Shown one piece after another: positions 23,703 to 29,517 of a DNA stretch of 29,517 nt (position 1 is the first letter of the stretch; each line of letters begins with the position of its first letter). The notes beneath the pieces are model-generated. The model saw nothing but the letters and a program-made list of their open reading frames with translations, did not search any database and was not told where the DNA came from. A program made the translations under genes and the position numbers. The DNA comes from a virus (taxonomy: Duplodnaviria > Caudoviricetes): positions 1 through 29,517 of IMG/VR virus record IMGVR_UViG_3300036943_000184; one strand, 5' to 3'.

Positions 23703-24224
23703 CTAACTATCCCACCCCTCCCTTCGCTTTCGGATGGCTTCTTCTAAAATATTCCCAATATCTATAAGAATATCCCCCTCATACCCACTATAATTATTTA
23801 CACACAGTAGATAGGCTTTTCTCAAAGCAGCATTCTTCTGCTCGATCTTGGCTTGTAATCGTTTATTTGTCTTTTCTCTGAGTTGTTCTATTGTTTCTTC
23901 GGCAATCAAAGCTTTTCCCGCCATATCAAGCGCGTTATGCTCAGCTTTACCCCATTCATCTCTTATATGGGTAACCATATCTTTGAGGGCGGCGATCTCA
24001 TCAAGAGCTTTTTCGAACTCATTTTGGACAAGATGACTGTCCTCTATTCGTATTGCAATTTCTTCCTTGAGGGCGATAATTTCTTCATCGCGGGCATGGT
24101 ATCCGCATTCCTCGGCCATCTGCAAAGCTTGCACCATTTCATCATATTCTTTTCGTGCTCTATGAGCTTCTGGTAATTCTTGCACGTATTCTTTCAATGT
24201 CATTTGTCGGCATGGCTCATTCAT
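23703..24224 (-). CDS. Hypothetical coiled-coil protein
   Basis: 173 aa with repeated EI(I/A)ALK heptads; GGAGG SD. Confidence 0.6.
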   Translation of the reverse strand: MNEPCRQMTLKEYVQELPEAHRARKEYDEMVQALQMAEECGYHARDEEIIALKEEIAIRIEDSHLVQNEFEKALDEIAALKDMVTHIRDEWGKAEHNALDMAGKALIAEETIEQLREKTNKRLQAKIEQKNAALRKAYLLCVNNYSGYEGDILIDIGNILEEAIRKRREGWDS

Positions 24225-24427
24225 CAGTTGGCCTCCCTTCTCTTTATATTTCTTACAGTAAACGCATCATAATCCCCTCGCTTCTCTATCAATTCTGCGA
24301 TGCACCTACCACAGAGCAGTCCGCCTCCTTCTGGTTTATCCTTCGGCTTAATTTCCTCCCAGATGTCGTCTTCAACTATGAAATCTACCTTGTATTGTTT
24401 CCCACACCGTTGACACCTACAGCTCAT
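24224..24427 (-). CDS. Small zinc-finger protein
   Basis: CQRC...IW...GLLCGRCI. Confidence 0.6.
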   Translation of the reverse strand: MSCRCQRCGKQYKVDFIVEDDIWEEIKPKDKPEGGGLLCGRCIAELIEKRGDYDAFTVRNIKRREAN

Positions 24428-24724
24428 TCATCCCCCCGCTTTCGGGTTGCCCCTAGTTGACAAATATTGGTCAATTAGGGCAGTGTCCCCGATATAATCG
24501 GATATCGGTACAATCTCCTCCGGGGTAACGGTGATTTTAACCAGGGTTTTATCCGCCGTTCTTATGGCTTCTACCCAGATCACCCTACCGTCAACAATCC
24601 AGACTGATGTCACCTGGTAGTCATTGTGTCCTACCCGGATATCAACCTCATCTCCCACGGGGATATATTCGTCGTGCCCCGTCTCGACTTCTCTGCTTTT
24701 TAGTCTCCAGCTTACCATTTTCAT
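24428..24724 (-). CDS. Hypothetical protein
   Basis: GGAGG SD, translationally coupled to neighbours. Confidence 0.55.
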   Translation of the reverse strand: MKMVSWRLKSREVETGHDEYIPVGDEVDIRVGHNDYQVTSVWIVDGRVIWVEAIRTADKTLVKITVTPEEIVPISDYIGDTALIDQYLSTRGNPKAGG

Positions 24725-24930
24725 TTTTGTTCCTCCAATCGTTTATGGGTTTCCTCTCGCTCCCTGATTCTCTCAATCGTGTCGTCTAATTTCTCGACGG
24801 TTTCAGCTAGATGATTTCGATATTCAATCAATTCTCTCTGATCACACAGACCAAGATCGATTGTGGTTGACCCCTCTTCAATCGAAATATATGCATAATA
24901 TGTGCCAGCTTCTCTGATAGAGATTTTCAT
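24721..24930 (-). CDS. Hypothetical protein
   Basis: GGAAGG SD, ATGA overlap with the next gene. Confidence 0.55.
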   Translation of the reverse strand: MKISIREAGTYYAYISIEEGSTTIDLGLCDQRELIEYRNHLAETVEKLDDTIERIREREETHKRLEEQK

Positions 24931-24943
24931 TTGTCCTTCCTCC

Positions 24944-25261
24944 TTATGGCTCCGTGTAGATAAGAATAGCAGGTTCCATATTGGATAATGCCTCTTCCTC
25001 AGTCACTTCCCGTTCAAGATATGTTTCCATGTGGTCGATCACATCGTCTAATTCGGTATAAATCCGATCGCTCTCGGTATCGTACCACCATCCAAGTTCA
25101 ACTTTATATATCAACTGGCCCATCCACGTGAAACCATCGACGAACTCATCGGATGCTACACAAAAATGGATTTTCGCTTTAGGATTGGCTTTCTTTAGCT
25201 GTACCGCTTTTTCCAAATATCCTAACTGTGTCATTCTCATCTCCTTATATTCCAAAATCAT
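24944..25261 (-). CDS. Hypothetical protein
   Basis: 105 aa, ATGA overlap with the upstream gene. Confidence 0.55.
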   Translation of the reverse strand: MILEYKEMRMTQLGYLEKAVQLKKANPKAKIHFCVASDEFVDGFTWMGQLIYKVELGWWYDTESDRIYTELDDVIDHMETYLEREVTEEEALSNMEPAILIYTEP

Positions 25262-25617
25262 TTTCCATTAGTATTTTGTCCATTGTCAGTTATGAGTTTG
25301 TCACATTTATATATCAACATGTGTGCAAAATTAGCAACATCGGCGGCTTCATGCCGTATATTTTTCAACGTATTTTCATACTCCAGGTCTGTAAGTGAAA
25401 TTAGGCACAGTGCTATATTTAACTCATGCATTTCCTCTTTTAGTCGCTTCCATGCGTAATCAAAAGCAATATCTTCATATCCACTCTTATATGCATTGCG
25501 TTTTAGTTTCTCAACTTGTGCAGCATTTCCGGCCCGCAGGAGATCATGGTACTCTCCATCTGCTGTTTTCTCACCGGTCACGCCCGGATTCATATTAGAT
25601 GACTCCAGATTATCCAT
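25258..25617 (-). CDS. MazG-like all-alpha NTP pyrophosphohydrolase-fold protein
   Basis: RLKEEMHEL...IRHEAADVANFAHML gives the EExxE...ExxD pattern. Confidence 0.6.
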   Translation of the reverse strand: MDNLESSNMNPGVTGEKTADGEYHDLLRAGNAAQVEKLKRNAYKSGYEDIAFDYAWKRLKEEMHELNIALCLISLTDLEYENTLKNIRHEAADVANFAHMLIYKCDKLITDNGQNTNGK

Positions 25618-25736
25618 TATCCTTCCTCCTTATGGGTACTCTTCACCGGTTATGAGCTCATAAGCTGTCCTGAAAACAGACTTTGTGGTAGGACTTGTTT
25701 CTTTTCTTCCATTTTAATCCTCTCTATACTCTATAT

Positions 25737-25976
25737 TTACAAATAATCACTATTATCAGCAATATATTTACTGACTCTCTGATATGCTTGCTCTGTAGAT
25801 TTTTCATCAAAACCACGAAAACTCACTCTCGCAGGATAAACAGTTGAAATCCCACCATCATCCCCAATTTCAACCACTATAGCAAGACCAAATATATGTA
25901 GAAATTGGTTGATAATAAGTAGTAGCCCCGTTTCCCTGAACTCATCCCATGTAATTTTCTTAGTCATTATACCCAC
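25737..25976 (-). CDS. Hypothetical protein
   Basis: WDEFRETGLLLIINQFLHIFG...PARVSFRGF, reads like a real small phage protein. Confidence 0.55.
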   Translation of the reverse strand: MGIMTKKITWDEFRETGLLLIINQFLHIFGLAIVVEIGDDGGISTVYPARVSFRGFDEKSTEQAYQRVSKYIADNSDYL

Positions 25977-25983
25977 CTTCTTA

Positions 25984-26316
25984 TTATGAATGATCTTCCC
26001 CGGTTATGAGCCTGTAGGCTTCATAAAATTTTTCTTGTCCACTATCCGAGTTATATATATTTCGTGTAAAATCACTTTTTTCGGTAAGGCTAAGCTCATC
26101 CCATCGGCGGTGAACTGGTCGTGCAGTAAATCCAATATTTTTTTCTACATTTTCATCGGTATCTCTTTGATATTCCCCATAAAAATACTCCCCTGTAGCT
26201 TTATGTATATATTTACATAACCGCCCCTTGTCAGTTTCGGATATAGCAGATTTGGGTTCCCGCACATACCTTTCCCCATCGACGAATACCTCTTCGCCTT
26301 TAATCTCTATGTTCAT
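25984..26316 (-). CDS. Hypothetical protein
   Basis: GGAGGAG SD, 110 aa. Confidence 0.55.
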   Translation of the reverse strand: MNIEIKGEEVFVDGERYVREPKSAISETDKGRLCKYIHKATGEYFYGEYQRDTDENVEKNIGFTARPVHRRWDELSLTEKSDFTRNIYNSDSGQEKFYEAYRLITGEDHS

Positions 26317-26563
26317 TTTGCTCCTCCTGTGGTTTATCCAACACTATCTCTGCTACATGTATTATTTTCTGTACAAGTGCAGCGTTAGTGGCGTCGCCCG
26401 TCCTTAACGACTCGGCGCATTTTCTTACTTCATTTAATGCCTCATTTTTCCTCGATACTTCTCTTATTAACCTAATATTCTCGTTTACAAGTATCGAGAA
26501 TGCCTCCTGACATTGCTGATATTCATTCTCATATGTCTTTATCGTGGTACCTGGTATCATCAT
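26300..26563 (-). CDS. Hypothetical protein
   Basis: GGAGGG SD, helical. Confidence 0.5.
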   Translation of the reverse strand: MMIPGTTIKTYENEYQQCQEAFSILVNENIRLIREVSRKNEALNEVRKCAESLRTGDATNAALVQKIIHVAEIVLDKPQEEQNEHRD

Positions 26564-26603
26564 CTGTGTCCCTCCTCATTCATTCTGCTCCTCCTGTGGT
26601 TTA
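26312..26603 (-). repeat. 25 bp direct repeat carrying SD + ATG (26312-26336 and 26579-26603)
   Basis: TAAACCACAGGAGGAGCA(A/G)AATGAA, one mismatch. Confidence 0.75.
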
Positions 26604-26611
26604 AATGAAAA

Positions 26612-26992
26612 TTAAACAACCTGTCCTGCTACACGACTTCTGGCACGTTTCATGATTACCCCAATGATTCCGCTAACACCATGTCGTAATACAGTAGCAT
26701 GGGAATAGCCCAATGTCTGGAGTCGTTCAACAGCTTCTTCGGGGCTAACACTATGATACCGCCGAATCTCCTCAAGCTTTTTTTGTAGACTATCCTTCAG
26801 TTCCTCGTCGTCTGTATTGTCCAAAAAGGTCTGGAGAGATTTTTCTTCCAGAGTTGGTTTTCCCGCAAGACAACGTTTGAGGGTTCTTAATTCCTCTAAT
26901 ATGATATACTCTTCTTCAGTCAAAAATGTTTTGTTCATACTATTTCTCCTTTTTGTTGTATCCCAGGTTTTCATTGTATTTCTTTCCCCCAT
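26612..26992 (-). CDS. Hypothetical protein (true start probably MNKTF)
   Basis: AGGAG SD precedes the internal ATG near 26938. Confidence 0.5.
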   Translation of the reverse strand: MGERNTMKTWDTTKRRNSMNKTFLTEEEYIILEELRTLKRCLAGKPTLEEKSLQTFLDNTDDEELKDSLQKKLEEIRRYHSVSPEEAVERLQTLGYSHATVLRHGVSGIIGVIMKRARSRVAGQVV

Positions 26993-27104
26993 CCATCAAA
27001 TCCTTCGAAAAATATGTCCAACCGTCGTCCGGATTCTGGAGATTCAGTTTCAGCTATCTGATATTCTCCACACTTTGGGCATCTTACCTCTACTTCCACC
27101 ATCA

Positions 27105-27347
27105 TTATCCACTCTCCTTATTATCCTCATCCTTATTAAAACATGCTTTAAATACTTCTGTCGCACGCTCTTTCGCCTCTTGCGGGGTTCCCCCCAACGC
27201 TTCCGGGCCCTGCGCACCACATACCATACAACGCACTGTACCATGATAAAACAACTCACCAGGAACAGGTCTACACTGTGGCACCACACGACCAGACCCA
27301 CAAAACGGACACGTAATCGGATTATCGTCCATTGCTTCTCCTTCCAT
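27105..27347 (-). CDS. Lar-like (restriction alleviation family) zinc-finger protein
   Basis: CPFCGS...VRCMVCGAQGP...EAKERA. Confidence 0.65.
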   Translation of the reverse strand: MEGEAMDDNPITCPFCGSGRVVPQCRPVPGELFYHGTVRCMVCGAQGPEALGGTPQEAKERATEVFKACFNKDEDNKESG

Positions 27348-27429
27348 ACTTCATAAAGTTGTCCAGATGCCACACAAGCACTCAGAATACCACCCCTATT
27401 TGGAGGCATACCGGACATCTATATACATA

Positions 27430-27774
27430 CTACCTGCACACCCATTGAAGAGTCTTGAAGAGGTTTTTACGAACCCCTCCTATAGTCTTGTATGACTGTA
27501 CATACCTACCAGACCCCGAAAAATACCTTGTACCGCTTCGTGAAGACAACGACCAATAGTATCGAATACCGCCTTCACCGTCATCTTCTGAATGTATTGC
27601 CATCGATCTATACGGGTAACTCCTATCCATTATCCGATATACCCGATCGATCTGCATAGTATCCTCTACAAATCTCCACAATTCTTCTTGAGTCCTCGGC
27701 GGATCAATTGTTATCGCTTCCATGGCTGCCCCCAAAACACCCTTTTCTCGCTCCTTTTTTGGTAGCTCGGACAA
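27430..27774 (-). CDS. Hypothetical protein (start uncertain)
   Basis: Co-oriented ORF. Confidence 0.45.
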   Translation of the reverse strand: MSELPKKEREKGVLGAAMEAITIDPPRTQEELWRFVEDTMQIDRVYRIMDRSYPYRSMAIHSEDDGEGGIRYYWSLSSRSGTRYFSGSGRYVQSYKTIGGVRKNLFKTLQWVCR

Positions 27775-27892
27775 GCTCCTGTGGGCTGCTCTGAGATACT
27801 ACCAAACTACTTCCCCTGTGAACATGACGCTTTTTCCATCTTTTATTACCTCTCTGATGTCTACCCATAAAACCCCCTTTTTAATTATTGTA

Positions 27893-27964
27893 TAGCCCTG
27901 CCGGGAATTGAACCCAGGTATTTTGATCGAAAGTCAAATGGACTAACCACTATCCTACAGGGCC
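27893..27964 (-). tRNA. tRNA-Glu (anticodon TTC), CCA not encoded
   Basis: GGCCCTG-TA-GGAT-AGTGGTTA-GTCC-A-TTTGA-CT TTC GA-TCAAA-ATAC-CTGGG-TTCAATT-CCCGG-CAGGGCT-A folds into a full cloverleaf. Confidence 0.9.
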
Positions 27965-28038
27965 ATTATACCGCGATACCCGTGGTCGCGGCCCCACACA
28001 AGACACTACTCTAACGGGAGCTCCTTTCAGTCTCCCTA

Positions 28039-28359
28039 CTACTCTTCCCAAATATACACTTCCCCAATACCAATTGGTTGGTAGTTCTTCCACGGAACGG
28101 GACAACCAATACCCTGTATAGATTTACCCCGGCCATTTTTGCTTCCCCATACCTGTACAAACAAGGGCACACCAGTCTGTGAGTATTCTTTGAAAAACCG
28201 AAGATGGTATACATTATCGTCCCACACCACACACGGCTGTCCGGGTTTTAACTCCCCGGAACTACCGCTTTCCATGGTGGTTCTCTTTCCACCAATCAGT
28301 AAAACTCCGTCTTTGCATTCCATCCTTACCCCGGAGATTCTTATTTTTCTTACTCTCAA
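28039..28359 (-). CDS. Hypothetical protein
   Basis: Co-oriented ORF, start uncertain. Confidence 0.4.
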   Translation of the reverse strand: MRVRKIRISGVRMECKDGVLLIGGKRTTMESGSSGELKPGQPCVVWDDNVYHLRFFKEYSQTGVPLFVQVWGSKNGRGKSIQGIGCPVPWKNYQPIGIGEVYIWEE

Positions 28360-28499
28360 ATATACCCTCCTTTATGTTAATGAATAGCATGAGTATTCCA
28401 GCAATCAAGACTACAAATATGACTATTATTTCCAACACCATTACGAATACTGCCATAGAAAACCAACCCCCTATTTCCGACACTATATTTACTTCCTTT

Positions 28500-28916
28500 C
28501 TAACCATGATGGAGCAAAATCTCTTGGTTTATAGGTGATATAGGTGCCAACATAACCGTAGCAGAGAGTACGTCACCAGCCTCAATATCATTCCATCTAT
28601 TTGAATTGAGTATTTCAAAAAAATACAGTTTCAAACAAACCGCACGCTTGGGGAGAACCGAATAAAACAAGAAATTGTGAACTGTCTTTTTGAAAACTGT
28701 TGCAGAGAATATTCCCGGGTCTGTTGATACAATACGGACACGAGCCCCAATAAATCCAATCGATCTTTTCTTACCGTACCAACTAATTCTCATAATAACC
28801 CCCAAATCAGGGCATTTCCAAAGACCTGTAATATCATAACCATTTGACATCTCGAACACCTTCCAAAAAGGAAATATCTCCCCGATAAGATAGACTACTA
28901 CAGTCAGACCACACAA
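28500..28916 (-). CDS. Hypothetical protein
   Basis: Co-oriented ORF; probable start at the internal MSNGY. Confidence 0.4.
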   Translation of the reverse strand: MCGLTVVVYLIGEIFPFWKVFEMSNGYDITGLWKCPDLGVIMRISWYGKKRSIGFIGARVRIVSTDPGIFSATVFKKTVHNFLFYSVLPKRAVCLKLYFFEILNSNRWNDIEAGDVLSATVMLAPISPINQEILLHHG

Positions 28917-28975
28917 TAAATTATTTTTACTGACATACCGCCAGCATCATTATGCTTATATACTACCGACTTTGA

Positions 28976-29248
28976 TTACGTTATGCGTGTTGGATTATCT
29001 TTTTTTGCCAGGGCTGCAAATGCACTCGTATGATATATATTGGTAGCGGAAACCTGATCGACAGTCTCCTCTTCCTCATCGTCTCTATTCTTTCCACTCT
29101 TCTTCTTTCCATACTCATGAATCTTAACCAACTCACCATCATCGTTAAATACAAATCGCCTACCACCAATGTATTCACTTTTGCCCGTAGTACGCCCATG
29201 TGATTCCAATGCATTTGCAATCCACACCAGTTTTTCTCTATCAGTCAT
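28976..29248 (-). CDS. Hypothetical protein
   Basis: GGAG SD, overlaps the upstream gene. Confidence 0.5.
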   Translation of the reverse strand: MTDREKLVWIANALESHGRTTGKSEYIGGRRFVFNDDGELVKIHEYGKKKSGKNRDDEEEETVDQVSATNIYHTSAFAALAKKDNPTRIT

Positions 29249-29450
29249 CCATGTCTCCCCTAAAGTTCATTATCCGCTCTACCCCGTTTTTCTGACGGTA
29301 GGATATAAGAAGACTATCTCCTCGATGGAAAGCCCTGACAGTTTTTCCGTCCGTCATAACGAACTCTACCCCGAACTCCCTAGAATATGTTTCGATAGTC
29401 TCCAAATACCCACCATCATGCTGCTGTAGTACCCGAATCTTTTCCATCAT
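29241..29450 (-). CDS. Hypothetical protein
   Basis: 69 aa, co-oriented. Confidence 0.45.
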   Translation of the reverse strand: MMEKIRVLQQHDGGYLETIETYSREFGVEFVMTDGKTVRAFHRGDSLLISYRQKNGVERIMNFRGDMDD

Positions 29451-29517
29451 CGACTACCAACTGCTCCAAAGTCAGCATCAAATCGAATACCAACCCTGTC
29501 TATCGAACCCTCCCCCC

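Noticed and set aside
27050-27418. 122-aa minus-strand ORF overlapping the Lar-like gene
   Set aside because: Alternative frame of the better-supported CPFCG zinc-finger gene.
27964-27971. TATAAT directly upstream of the tRNA
   Set aside because: It abuts the tRNA 5' end, too close to act as its -10 element, and I see no -35.

Overview
This is a segment of a large tailed-phage genome with an SPO1/Twort (Herelleviridae)-like head module; almost every gene is on the minus strand. In transcription order (right to left) it contains: small early-type genes with a tRNA-Glu, a Lar-like, a MazG-like and a J-domain gene; a terminator; the portal; a ~14.6 kb block of accessory proteins; an intein-containing MuF-type head protein; a Mu Com-like zinc-finger regulator followed by a structured leader; then prohead protease, scaffold, major capsid protein and a truncated structural gene. 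Two things stand out. (1) The block between portal and MuF looks like a capsid-cargo system. Kinase, Nudix, SNF2-like helicase, pyrophosphatase, glycosylase-like, JAB, ADP-ribosyltransferase and papain-like domains are strung into polyproteins. Their domain borders carry the hydrophobic-x-K-[S/A] motif that also saturates the scaffold and marks the MCP propeptide, and many pieces begin with one of three short reused basic/aromatic modules. (2) The MuF intein starts with Ala and carries, fully nested on the opposite strand, an HTH + Vsr/DUF559-like endonuclease gene with its own SD and promoter-like elements, broken by one in-frame TAA. All family calls are by-eye motif recognition; no searches were run.
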